In this document: positions 1-12,334 of the stretch, in pieces
Layout of the letters: each line of letters opens with the position of its first letter
Numbering within the stretch: position 1 is the first letter of the stretch
NCBI RefSeq assembly: GCF_018977255.1
Contig: NW_024704743.1
Coordinates: 12,898,001 to 12,962,000 of the forward strand
Length of the DNA stretch: 64,000 nucleotides
DNA from: Callorhinchus milii
Lineage: Eukaryota
Direction of reading: 5' to 3'
Translations under genes and position numbers: made by a program
The notes under the pieces: generated by a model
The model's database searches: none
What the model was told of the DNA's origin: nothing
The model's input: only the letters and a program-made list of their open reading frames with translations

Positions 1-3000
1 CCTGGACAGACACATGTGTAGGAAGCGCCTCTGGCTTGAGCTCAGGGTTTCTGAGCTCGAGGAGAAGCTAGTGTCACTACATTGCAGACGGGAGGCTGAA
101 GAGTTCATGGATCAAGCATTTCAGGAGGTGCTTACCCCACAGCCACAGAGGGTTCAGAAGGAGAATGGTACGAAGAGGGTACAGGTAGTGCAGAAATCCC
201 CTGAGAGAGTGGCACTCACAAACCAGTTCTCTGTACTGAATGCTGGTGTGGGTGACACCTCTGCGGAGGGGAGTCCAAAGCAAATGGATGCACAGGGGGA
301 CACAGGGAAGAGTATCAATGCAATTGTCATTGGGGACACAATGGTGAAAGGAGTAGACAGGTGTTTCTGCAACCAAAAATATAACGCTCACATAATATGT
401 TGCCTCACTGGTGCCAGGGTTGAAGACATCACGGAACAGATGCAAAACATTCTATTGGGGAAGGGGAACATCCAGAAGTCATGGTCCATGTTGGGATCCA
501 TGATGTAGGGAAAAAAAGGGCTGAGATCCTACAGTGAGAGTATCATAAGCTAGGAAAAATGCTAGAGTAGGACCTCAAAGGTAGTAATCCCTGGATTACT
601 CCCAGTGCTGTGTGTAAATGAGTATCAAAACAGCAGGATCAAACACATGAATGCATGGCTGGAGAAATGGTGCAGAAAGGAGGACGTCAGTTTTCCTGGA
701 TCATTGGGACCAGTTCTGGGGCAGATGGGACCTGTACAAGGTCGATGGGTTACACGTGAACAGGGCTGGGACCAATGTCCTCAAAGGGAGGTTAACTAAT
801 GCTGTGGGGAAAGGTTTAAACTAATTTTGAGGGGGGAAGGGAATCAGGATGTAGCATCAGGGAGGACAAACAAGTTACATAGAGGTCTGGGAGAGACGAA
901 TAGCAATGCAATAAGGAGTAGTCTGACTAGTATTTGGACATCAAGTCCTGGATGAGAGCTAACTTTCTTCAGTTGAACGTCAACAAGACCGAGGTACTCC
1001 TGATTGGCTCCCGTCAGCGCCTCCTCACTTCAGGCGCTGACAGCATCAGCATCCATGGTTGCACACTCCACCTTGCTAAGCCAGTCAGGAACCTTGGCAT
1101 CTTGTTTGACCCTCAACTATCCTTTCTACCCCACATCTGTGCCATGACCTGCTCTACCTTCCCCCACCTCCGCAACGTCGCTCAGCTCCGCCACTATCTC
1201 ACACCGCAGGCCACCAAAACTCTCAAACATGGTTTCATTACATCGAGGCTCGACTATGCAAACTCATTGCTTGTCGGCCTCCCCAACTCCTCCCTCCACA
1301 GGCTGCAGATCATCAGAACTCTGCAGCCCATGTCCTCTCCTTCACTAGGCTCCGCGACCCTATCACCCCATCACACAGAGGATACCGTTCAAGATCCTGG
1401 TCTTCATCTTCAAAGCCCTCCATGGTCTTGCTCCCCCCTACCTCTCCGACCTCCTAACCGCTACCATCCTGCTCGCTCCCTCTGCTCAGCGGATTCCGGC
1501 CTGCTTCACGTCCCCCGCCTCACTTGCCCCACTATTGGTGGGTGGGGCTTCTGCCACTCTGCCCCCACCCTCTGGAACTCCATCCCATAGTCCCTCTACC
1601 TCGCCCCCTCCCTTGCCACCTTCAGGACCCATCTCAAGACCCTCCTCTTCGACCGTGCTTTTGATCTTCCTGCTTCACCCCTGCCCTCCACCCTCCCCAA
1701 TCCTGACCCCCAGCTCGGGTCCATAACTCTGTATGTCCAGCACCGTGGGACTTCTTACCGAAGTGAAAGATGCTTTCCAAATGTAATTTTGTTGTTGTTG
1801 CTGTAGTCCAGGAAAAGGAGGGATTAGATGGGGGAAAAATACAGAGCAGACGCAGTCAGTCTAGGAGTGCTTGTGCGTAAATGCATGGAGGGTGACAAAT
1901 AAGATCGGTGAGCTACAGGTTCAAGTTGCTACATGGCGTCATGATGTAGTGGCAATAACGGAGACCTGGTTCAAACAAGGACAGGAATGGGAGCTAAATA
2001 CTCCTAGCTACAATGTATTCAGGAGAGATAGGGAAGGGAAAAAAGGAGTACAATATTGATTAAGGACACGGTTACGGCCCTGGAAAGGGTCCAAAAACAG
2101 AATCTATTTGGTTAGAGTTAAGGAGCAGGAAAGGAGCTGTTACTCTGTTAGGTGTAAACTATAGACCACCAATTATTGGGAAGGAGATAGACGAGGAAAT
2201 CTGTAAGCAGATTTCAGAAAGATGTAAAACCAATAGAGTAGTGATAATGAGGCACTTCAATTATCCTAACATAGACTGGCAAAATAACAGTATAAAGGGC
2301 CAGGAGGGGGAAGGATTCCTGAAATGTGTGCAGGATAACTTTCTGGATCAGTATGTTTCCAGCCAACGAGGAAAGGAAGCAGTGCTGGATCTAGAAATGA
2401 AGTGGGGCAAGTGGAGCAGGTTTCAGTAGGAGACCATCTGGACAACAGTGATCACAATATCATTAGGTTTAGAATACTTATGGAAAGGGACAAGGAACAA
2501 TCAAAGGTGAAGATACTCAACTGGAAGAGGGCTAATTTCAGTGAGTTAAAAAGGGAAGTAGCCCAGGTGTACTGGAAAGGAAGATTGGTAGGTAAAACAG
2601 CTAACGAGCAATGGGAAGCCTTCAAGGAGGAGATAGTTCGAAGACAGAATAAATTCATTCCAAAGGGGAAAGGTAGGCATCCAAACCTCCCTGAATGAAT
2701 AAGAAAATTGGGATTAAAATAAAACAGAAAAAGGAGGCTTATGATAAATGTTAGGTCCAAACTACGGAAAATAATCAAATAAAATACAGAGGAGAACTGA
2801 AAAAGGAGATGAGAGGGGCAAAGATATTGTATGAGAAAAGGTTAGCAAGTAACATAAAAGGGAACCCTAAGGTATTTTATAAGTATCTAAAAAAGAAAAG
2901 GTTAGCCAAATGTAGGGTCCAATTCGGGACCAAAGAAGAAATCTTCTTGTGGAGGCTGACGTACTGACGTACTGAGTGAGCACTTTGTATCTTTTTTCTC

Positions 3001-4530
3001 AAAGGAAAAGAATGCAGTCAATGCCACAGTATCGGAGGAGAGGGTCGAAAAATTGGATAAGATAAAAATAAACCAAGTGGAGGTACTAAAAAGGTTGACA
3101 GTGCTCAAGATAGATAAGTCACCTGGCCCGGACGGGAAGCATCCTAGGTTACTGAGGGAAGTAAGGGGGGAAATAACAGAGGCTCTGGCCACAATCTTTC
3201 AATCTTCCTTGGACACCGGGGTGGTGTTACTCCCCTGTACAAAAAGGGGCAGAAGAATAAACCCGGGAACTACAGGCCAATCAGCCTAACTTCAGTAGTG
3301 GGGAAACTTCTAGAGACTATAATCCGATACAAAATAGCAGCCAACATGGGTTTGTTAAAGGCAAATCATGTCTCACAAACCTGATAGTTTTTTGATGAAG
3401 TAACGGAGAGGGTGGATGAAGGTAGTGCAGTTGATGTAGTTTACATGGATTTTGAAAAGGCGTTTGATAAAGTGTCACATAAGAGTCTTGTAAGCAAAAT
3501 AGAAGCCCACGGTATTAAAGGGACAGTGACAGTATGGATACAGAACTGGCTGGGAGACAGAAAGCAGAGAGTGGTGGTGACTGGAGGGAAGTGTGCAGTG
3601 GTGTCCCCCAGGGGTCAGTATTGGGACCACTGCTATTCTTGATCTATATAAATGACCTGGACTTGGGTATAAGGAGTACAATTTCCAGGTTTGCAGATGA
3701 TATTAAGCTAGGAAAAGTGGTAAACAGTGAGAAGGACAGTAGCAGACTGCAAAGCGACATAGACAAACTGGTAAAATGGGCAGACACATGGCAGATGAAG
3801 TTTAATGTGGAGAAATGCGAAGAGATGTATTTTAGTAGGAAGAATGAGGAGAGGCAATATAAGCTGATGGTACAATCTTAAAGGGGGTGAAGGAACAGAG
3901 AGACCTGGGGGTTCATATAGGTAAATCTTTGAAGGTGGCAGGATAGGTAGATACATCTGTTAAAAAAGCATACGGGATACTAGGCTTTATAAATAGGGGC
4001 ATAGAATACAAAGGTCAGTTTATAAAACACTGGTTAGGCCTCAGCTAGAGTACTATGTTCAGTTCTGGGCACCACACTTTAGGAAGGATGTCAAGGCATT
4101 GGAGAGGGTGCAAAGGAGAATTACCAGGATGATACCAGAAATGAGGGACTTCAGTAATGAGGAGAGTCTAGAGAAACTAGGATTATTCTCGTTGGAGCAG
4201 AGAAAGTTAAGAGGAAACTCAATAGAATTTTTCAAAATTATGAAGGGATTTGATAGGGTGAACAAGGAGATACTATTTCCACTGGTGGGTGGGTCGGTAA
4301 CCCGAGGACACCAATTTAAAATAGTTGTTAAAAGAAACAGAGGGGAGGTGTAGAGAATTTTTTTCACACAGCGCGTTGTTTGGATATGGAATGCATTGCC
4401 TGAAAGGGTGGTAGTAGGTGATTTAATAATAACTTTTAAGAGAGAAATAGATAATTATCTGGGGAGGACAAGTTTGCAGGGCTATGGGGAGAGTGCGGCG
4501 GAATGGGGATTGATTTGCAGCATGGATTTG
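1..4530 (+). mobile_element. CR1-clade LINE, near full length, decayed (ORF1 esterase region, ORF2 APE endonuclease + RT, 3' end); split by an L2 insertion
   Basis: ORF1 has AIVIGDTMVKGVDR...CCLTGARVEDIT (SGNH esterase-type CR1 ORF1). ORF2 fragments include [69 protein letters not shown] and WQMKFN. Many frameshifts and stops. Confidence 0.95.
924..1802 (+). mobile_element. L2 LINE 3' fragment inserted in CR1
   Basis: [19 protein letters not shown]...[10 protein letters not shown] peptide; 3' tail aatgtaattttgttgttgttg; candidate TSD GTAGTC at 918-923 and 1803-1808. Confidence 0.93.
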
Positions 4531-6071
4531 AGCTCTTATTTGGGTTTTAAATGATAATAAATTAATTTTTGCATTTAGAACCTTTATAGCTCTATAGAGT
4601 TTGATATTGGGATTTAATTTGCTGTAGTCCTTAATAAGGTATCCCATTGCACAAAGGAATTCCAAAAATAAATTATGCCAGAGTGGGGTTTCTGTAGTTA
4701 TGTGTGGCATACAGTAAAACCCCATTATAAACCACTTCATTGTAACATGATTTCACCTGTAGCAGTGTGGACCCTGACATTTACTTACTCGAAACTCAAA
4801 ATATGTGCCCTGGCTCCAAGTGATGTAAATGGAAACCTAATACCCTGAAAGTTCTCTCGACATGAAAGGTTCTATGTAAATGACATTTGTTGTTGTTGTT
4901 GTTGCCCAATTTGGCATCCCGCACGCTCACTGGCTCTTTAAAGATTTGTTGGAGACAGCCATCATTCTCTGTACATGTGTATTGAGTGAGGAAACACTGA
5001 CTTGTGATCAAGCTCTATTGTAGCGCCAGTTAGGATTTTATGGAACTGCCCCAACCAACGTGTTATATAGGGAGCTATTCTGCATTTCTGATACCGTGAA
5101 GTGACTGTATTTTTGTGACTAAAATCTTTAATGAAGGAATCCCATCAAAAAACACTGCCAATTAGACCTTAAATGCTTCCCACTTAGCTACTACCTTATT
5201 ATCAGTGGAGGTTGGGTTATATCTGAATAGTGATCTTTCCCTCAGGTTTGTTTCTCTCTTGAACTATTTACGAAGAAGACATTCATGGAAAAAAAAGTCA
5301 TACATTCTGTGTATGTGTGGTGTGCAATATGTCATTGTGTAAGTTACACAAAGATAATGCTCTCACTTCCAAGGTTCAAAACCCTCCCCTGCATGATGGA
5401 ACCGCAGCAACTTTGCTGATCACTTCTTATGCTAAGTAAAGGTATTGGGAAAACAATAGTTTCAGAAGTGAACAAGTTGCAAATTAAGAATCAGGAGGAG
5501 GCCATCCAGCCCACTGAACCTGCTCTGCCAATTATAGTTAGATATTTTAATCCCATTTTCCCCACACCTTTATTAGCTTTACTTCTCAAGTATCTATCTA
5601 CATGCCTTTTATGCATTCCAATCAATTATGCCTGTCAGGCCTCTGGGGCAATGCATCCTACATTCTCACAATACTCTATGTAAAGAAATGTTTGCTGATT
5701 TGATTTCTGACAATCTGGTCTCTAATGTTATGGTTACATCCCCTTGTTTTGGATTTTGCACACAAAGTACACACTAAATTGACTTTACAGTATATTCTGT
5801 GAAGCGCTTTGAGATGTCTCGATGACGTGATAAGGCACTATATTCAAATGCAAGGATTATTGTTAGCAGTAGTACTGCACATGAGGAAAGGATTGAGCTA
5901 AAGACATCAACGATAACACCATTATAGTCAAATGTACAGATTGTCTTAACAGTTATTGGAAAATGAAGCTTATTCATCATTATTATTATTATTGTTTCGA
6001 ATCCCTCTGCTATTACCTGCTGTAATCAATTCTCCTCATTAGTTTGATTCACCTTTGCCAACATTGGCTGT

Positions 6072-6154
6072 TCAACTTGTCTGGTGCCTGGCAGAGGAGC
6101 AGGAGATGTACAGTGGCTGCTGGCATCTCACAGTAAGCTGTCTCTTTTTCCATT
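6072..6154 (-). CDS. Putative last coding exon of the unnamed gene (end of death-domain-like region)
   Basis: Acceptor ttttcctttattgaatcag|AA, phase 1; reads (K)WKKRQLTVRCQQPLYISCSSARHQTS* with TGA at 6074-6072; phase matches the 9143 donor. Confidence 0.5.
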
Positions 6155-6672
6155 CTGATTCAATAAAGGAAAACAAGAGTGTAACAATAACATGCCTCAC
6201 ATCTGGTATAGTGCCTATAACATCAAAACATCTCAAAATGCATTACAGGTAATTGCTGTCAAATGTACAGACTTTGTTGTTTGGTGAGCGAGGTTAGGCC
6301 TGCTAACCATCATTAACCAAATTAGAATGAAACATTCCACTTTGGGAACGAGGGTTGTCCCCAAGACAAGCCCTAATCACCACACCCCCACACCCCACCT
6401 CCCCCGCCACCCCCCCATCCACCAAACTCTTCTAGGCCTCAAGTTGTCAAAGGACAATGTGGACCTGAACCATATCTTCACGACTGCCTGAGCAAGTCAG
6501 GTGACAGTATCGTCTCTCTGGCAGGGCAAACCCGTCCTGAGCCTAAATCACTTCTCAGTCTTTTCACTTAGATCAAGTATAGTATCTATTATAATTTGCT
6601 CCAATGCTGCAAAAGTTCTCCTGTTCAGATTCACTTGTTTTTGCCCTCATGACTGAATCTCGCCATAATTGG

Positions 6673-8580
6673 GTCCTGGATGAGCATAAATTTCCTGCAG
6701 CTGAATGTCGGCAAGACGGAAGCCATATACTTTGGCTCCCATCAACGTCTTCTCCCCTGGGAGTCTGAACTCTTCAATCTCCCTGGGTTCTCCCTCAGAC
6801 TCTCCGAACCCAGCTTCGATCCCCAGCTTTCCTTTCTACCACACATTCATTATCTTACCAGGATCACTTTTTTCCACCTCCGTGAAATTGCCTGCCACTG
6901 TCCATACCTCACAACAGCAACAACAACAAAATTACATTTATAGAGCGCCTTTCACGTCGGGAGGACGTCCCAAAGTGCTGAACAGTCAGGTGTCGGGCCC
7001 GAGCATGGGGGAGGGGTGGTGTAGGGGTGAAGGAAGGCAGAGAGGTGGGAGGGAGACCAAAGGCACGGTCGAAGAGAAGGGCCTTGAAGGAGGCAAGGGA
7101 GGAAGCGAGGAGAAGGGACCGTGGGATGGAGTTCCAGAATATGAGGGCAGGGTGGCTGAAAGCCCGGGTTGGGCGGGAGACATGGAGCAGGCCGGAGCCT
7201 GATGAACGGAGAGAGCGGGCAGGTTGGTAGGGAGTCAGTAGGTCAGAGAGGTAGGAGGGAGCAAGGTCATGGATGGCCTTAAAGGTGAGGATGAGGATCT
7301 TGAACTCGATCCTCTGGGGGATGGGGAGCCAGTGGATTCGGGCGAGGGTGGGAGTGATGGGGTCACGGAGCCTGGTGCGGGAGAGTACACAAGCTGAGTT
7401 TTGGATGATCTGCAGCTTGTGAAGGGAAACGTTGGGAAGGTAGATGTGGAGGGAGTTCCCGTAATCGAGCCTTGATGTGACAAATGTGTGGGTGAGGGTT
7501 TCGGCAACCTGTGGGGTGAGGCAGTGGCGGAGTCTGGTAATGTTGCGGAGGTGGTGGTAAGCAGTGCCAGTCATGGTGCAGATGTGGGGGAAAAAGGACA
7601 GTTCAGGGTCAAAAAAGACACCCAGGTTCCTGACTGGCTTAGTGAGGTTGAGTATGCAGCCATGGAGGTTGATGTTGCCAGCGCCTGAGGTGCGGAGGCG
7701 CTGGCATCAGCCAATCAGGAGGGTCTCAGTCTTGCTGACGTTGAGTTGGAGAAAGTTGGCCCTTGTCCAGGAGTTGATGTCGGACAGGGAGTCAGTCAGG
7801 ACGCCAGTAGTCCTGGAGTTCAGGGTGGAGGCAGAGAGGTAGAGTTGGGTGTTATCAGCATACATGTGGAAATTTACCCCATGTCTGTGGATGATGTCAC
7901 CAAAGGGGAGCATGTAGAGGGTGAAGAGGAGTGGACCAAGGACAAAGCCCTGAGAGACACTGCACGAGATGGTGCGGGGGCTGGAGGAAAAGCCGTTTGC
8001 CACGACGAAGTGGAGGCGGTGTGAAAGATAGGACCTGAACCAGTCAAGGACAGAACCTTGAAGGCTGAGGTGGGAGGAGAGGCAGTGGAGGAGGATTGTT
8101 TGGTCCATGGTGTCAAAAGCGGTGGAGAGGTCGAGGAGAACGTGGAGGCAGAGGGAACCCTGGTCACACATAGTCAGGATGTCGCCACACAATCGACGCA
8201 GCCGAAACCCTCGTCCATGCCTTCGTCACTTCCCAGCTGAACTATTCCAATGCCCACCTTGTTGGTCTTCCCAGCTCCACCATACACAAAATTCAATTAA
8301 TCCAAGACACTGCTGCCCGGATAATGACCCGCCCGAAACACCATACCCCCATCACACCAATCTTTGCCAGGCTCCACTGGCTCCCAATCACCGAACAGAT
8401 CGATTTGAAGATCCTTTTGCTAGTTTTCAAATCACTTCATGCCCTAACATCTCCATACCTATCCAATCTGCTTACCCCCCACTCCACTGTTTGTCCCTTG
8501 TGCTCCCCGTTCCATCATCGATGGCCGTGCTTCAGGCACTGTGCCCCAAAACTCTGGAACTCTTTCCCTCAATTTTTAGC
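6673..8580 (+). mobile_element. Older L2 fragment (6673-6910 and ~8190-8580), split by an opposite-strand L2
   Basis: NFLQLNVGKTEAI...PYLT continues after the insertion as AAETLVHAFVTS...ARLHWLPITEQIDLKIL. Confidence 0.85.
6911..8188 (-). mobile_element. L2 LINE 3' portion (RT C-terminal half)
   Basis: LLDLSTAFDT, SQGFVLGPLLF, HMYADNTQLY, RLDYGNS; (caa)n tail at 6911-6930; cacaa on both sides. Confidence 0.93.
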
Positions 8581-8629
8581 CTGAACACAAAGAAAACCCC
8601 TTCTGTTCTCCATTTGCGTCAGGAGCTCT

Positions 8630-8800
8630 TTAACATCCACCTGAAAACAGGAAGATGAGGCCTCCGTTCAACATCTCATCTCAGCTTTAACAATGCACCA
8701 CTCCCACAGTATTCAATGGAATGTCAGCCTAGACTGTGAGCATGAATGCACAATCTTGTGAGTCAAAGACAAGAGTTCTACCAACTGAGCAAAGCTGACC
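8630..8800 (-). mobile_element. Old tRNA-headed Deu-type SINE fragment
   Basis: Reverse complement begins gctcagttggtagaactcttgtctttgactcacaag; related to copies at 17075-17245, 22141, 41060-41390 and 50779. Confidence 0.6.
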
Positions 8801-9142
8801 CACTTCAACATTAAGCTGGTGATTTTAGCAGAGTCTAGAATTCACTCCTCATGTTGTAATTGCATGGTAATGATTACAAGGCTATCACCACGTTAACAGG
8901 TAAACAGTGAGTAACATGTGTTCTTGGAAATTTGTAAAGGAAAATAAACACACCCTTCATATACTGTTGATTCATCACAGAGAAAATCCAGGAATGTAGA
9001 CTGTGTTCAAACAATATCTTCAATCCAGTTATTTTACCAACCGAATTTAAAGGGATAGAAATGTCTGGGAGGATACTCTCTGTTAAAGTACTCCCCTAAG
9101 CTAAAGAACAAACTAATATACAAATAAAGATATATACTTTAC

Positions 9143-9231
9143 TGAGGAATATACTGAGTAACATTGGGATCCATCTGTTACGGGATTCGGCTGTTCCGGT
9201 GACGTCAATTCGGGGTTGAACGATATACATC
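9143..9231 (-). CDS. Putative exon of the unnamed gene (death-domain-like middle)
   Basis: ttctag|G ... CTCA|gtaaag, 89 nt, phase 2 to 1; reads MYIVQPRIDVTGTAESRNRWIPMLLSIFL; phases match both neighbouring exons. Confidence 0.5.
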
Positions 9232-9626
9232 CTAGAACAGTTTATTGCATTAAACAGCCTGGAAGCTGATTCCAAGCTGCTGATACATTAGAAATCACAG
9301 CGCTAGTAATGAGGCGGCAATGACTGGTCAGTGCTGTGCTGTCCTGGGTCCAGTGGGTTCACACTGGCTCTCTAGTTGGTCTGAAACACTTGTGAGTTCA
9401 TAAAAATAAGATGTTCCCATTAATAGAGCCGCTCAGAGTTAGCAGCACCAGAGTCCAGAGTGTAGCAAACGTGGATTTTTTAATAGATGTATAATATTCT
9501 TATACGGTTTCTTTCTTCTACAACATGTTGGTGTATTTAGTAGCGAGGAGAATTTTCAATAGAAAGTCCTTCCCTAGACTATCCTTGCTCTTTAAGAATG
9601 TTTGGACAGGATATCCCTTTTATAAC

Positions 9627-9738
9627 TTGTCTGCCTCATCACATTGAAACATGTATATAAATAGCTTAGACGAAGCAACATTGCGTAACAGCATGGTTAT
9701 CTCCTGATTCATGGTGTCAGAGGTCTGAACTAGTTTCG
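9627..9738 (-). CDS. Putative exon of the unnamed gene (linker and start of death-domain-like region)
   Basis: Good acceptor ctttatctgaacattttcag|CG; weak donor AA|gttata; 112 nt, phase 1 to 2; reads KLVQTSDTMNQEITMLLRNVASSKLFIYMFQCDEAD. Confidence 0.5.
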
Positions 9739-9822
9739 CTGAAAATGTTCAGATAAAGTGTTCTGTTTTATTGCTGGAGCGAGTTTCTTCACATCTTTTA
9801 AGTTCATGGATTAAGTATTATC

Positions 9823-11020
9823 AGTCGATCACGCCATCCCCCTCCACCGCCTTTCCTCTGTCATCCACCTCAGTGGGACTGCACTCGCCTGGTTCGAGTC
9901 CTACTTCACAAACCGCCAGCAGTACATCTGCACAAACGGCTTCTCCTCCCGCTCTCACCCGGTTACCTGTGGGGTACCCCAAGGATCCATCCTTGGCCCC
10001 CTCCTCTTTCTGATCTATTTGCTCCCTCTTGGGGATGTCATCCGCAGACATGAGGTACATTTCCACATGTATGCGGACGACACCCAACTTTATTTTTCCA
10101 CCTCACTTCCCGACCCCCAGTCCCCTGATGTTCTGTCAGCCTGCCTGTCAGACATCAGGAGCTAGATGAGCGCGAATTTCCTTCAGCTGAACGTTGACAA
10201 GACGGAAGCCATACTCTTTGGCTTTCGTCAACGTCTAAAATCACACGGTTCTCACCTCCTCCACCTACCCGACCTCCCCCTAAAACTTTCCGAACTCGTA
10301 CGCAACCTAGGCGTCAGGTTCAACCCCCAATTATCCTTCCTCCCCCACATCCGGTCCCTCACCAGCACCACTTTCTTCCGCCTCCGATGCATCGCTCATC
10401 TCTGCCAATACCTCACTCCAAAAGCCGCTGAAATCTTGGTCCATGCCTTTGTCGCCACTCGGCTGGACTATTCAAATGCCCTCCTCACCGGTCTCCCATC
10501 CACTATTCACATTCATAAAATCCAGGTCATCCAGAATTCTGTCGCCCCCATTCTTACCCGCACCAAACTCTGCTCTCTGATTACCCCAGTTCTTGCCAGA
10601 CTGCACTGGCTGTCTATCCCAGAGAGGATCGACTTCAAGATCCTCACCCTTGTCTTCAAATCCCTCCACTTTTCTGCACCCCCCTTCCTTTCTGACCTCC
10701 TCTCTCCTCACAACAGTGCCCGCTGCCTTCGCTCCACCGGGTCTGGCCTCCTCCTTGTCCCCCGAGTCCTCCGTTCCGGCGGCCGTGCCTTCAGCCACTA
10801 TACCCCAAGGCTCTGGAAATCCCTTCCTCACTCCCTTCGTCTTGCCCCCTCTCTTCCCACTTTCAGGTCTCGGCTGAAAACCTTTCTTTTCGACAGCGCC
10901 TTCGGTCACCTTCCTCCCCCTCCCCCTGACTCGGCCCCGGGATCCATTACTGCGAAGTGCTCTGAGACGCCGTCCGGCGTGGAGAGCGCTATATAAATCC
11001 AAGTTGCTGTTGTGTTGTTG
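9823..11020 (+). mobile_element. L2 LINE 3' portion
   Basis: [23 protein letters not shown], 276-aa ORF 10166-10996; tail ataaatccaagttgctgttg. Confidence 0.93.
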
Positions 11021-11475
11021 TATTATGAATAGTTTGGAAAATTTCTTCACAATGAGGACAACAGGAGAAAATGGGAAGCAGAGGAATTTTTTTTAATTAA
11101 AGGGCAATAGCCATGTGGATCACATCCTTCACAGGGGGTGAAATTAATTTCACCCACAAAATACACAGTAAATCCACTTTACAATATATTTTCTATGAAG
11201 GGTTTTGAGACATCTCAACAAGGTGCCTTATCAAATGCAAGAAATATTATTATTATTATAAAAAACTTCAAAGGGTTTAAGAAAAAGAACAAGACATTTT
11301 CCTGTCAATGAAAAGGATTCAGTCATTGAATGATGGGTAGTTATAGTGAGGGAGTTTTGTAGGAAATTGGATGGATGAGTGGCCTAGAAGACCGATGGTC
11401 TAGTCCTGCCTGAAATTGTTACTTTGTCTAGCCCTGGTATAGTGCAATGGTTGAGGATTTAAAATGATACCTTAC

Positions 11476-11613
11476 ATTTAACATGGCATGTTATAGTGGA
11501 GACACTCTTCTTTACTTGTAGGGTTTCGGGAGTTGCCAATGATATCACTGAGGCCTGTGGCAATTGTGCAGAAAGTTTGAGGTCAGCAATTCCATGTAAT
11601 ATTTGAAACCACT
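11476..11613 (-). CDS. Putative exon of the unnamed gene (possible end of UPA-like domain and linker)
   Basis: Acceptor ccagttctattttag|AG, donor AAAT|gtaagg; 138 nt, phase 1 to 1, fully open; reads WFQILHGIADLKLSAQLPQASVISLATPETLQVKKSVSTITCHVK; joins 9738 in phase. Confidence 0.55.
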
Positions 11614-12334
11614 CTAAAATAGAACTGGACTGGATGGAACTGCAGCACAATAGTGCTATTGCTAGGCTGAGTGAGAAGTTGACAAATTATGGTGTCAAAA
11701 GTAAGCAAATTCCCTCTTGCATACATTCTAAAACTTTAAGAAATCATTTCTGTAAATAAATAGAGCTTCCTTTCTCCCATGGACCTCAATTAATTTTTTT
11801 TAAATCACTTTACCTCTATCATTCCAGTGGATTTTACAGTTTCATTGGGAATTGTGAGTGCCAAATTGCATTAAACTCACCAATTCATAGTCTGAATTAT
11901 TTATGAATCAGCACTTTGGGACATCCTCCCAACTTGAAAGGAGTTATACAAATGTAATTTGTTGTTGAATCAGGAATTTGTCATACTGCTCAAGTCAAGA
12001 AAAATAATGGGGAATTTAGATAAAAGCATTTTGTTCCAATGAAAGCTTTCCATAGCCTTTGTACCTGTCCTGAGCAGTTACCTACCAGTGCTAGGGTTCA
12101 GGTTGGCACCCTTCCACTGGGCCATATTCCAGCCCTACAACCTCCACCATTTAAGAGAACAAGAATACAAGAATGGTAGCACAAGACCACCACTATCTCC
12201 AAATTCTCCTCCAAGGCACTCACGATCCTAACTTGGTACATTCATCGCCATTCCTTCATCCTGGAATTGTCTACCCAACACTATGTTGGGAGTACCACAA
12301 GGATTGAAGACCTTATGATAATACTAATACTACT

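Noticed and set aside
9518..9626. Read-through of the 9738 exon giving a DED-like helix (DFLLKILLATKYTNML)
   Set aside because: Interrupted by TAA at 9622-9620; the spliced death-domain reading fits the phases and motifs better.
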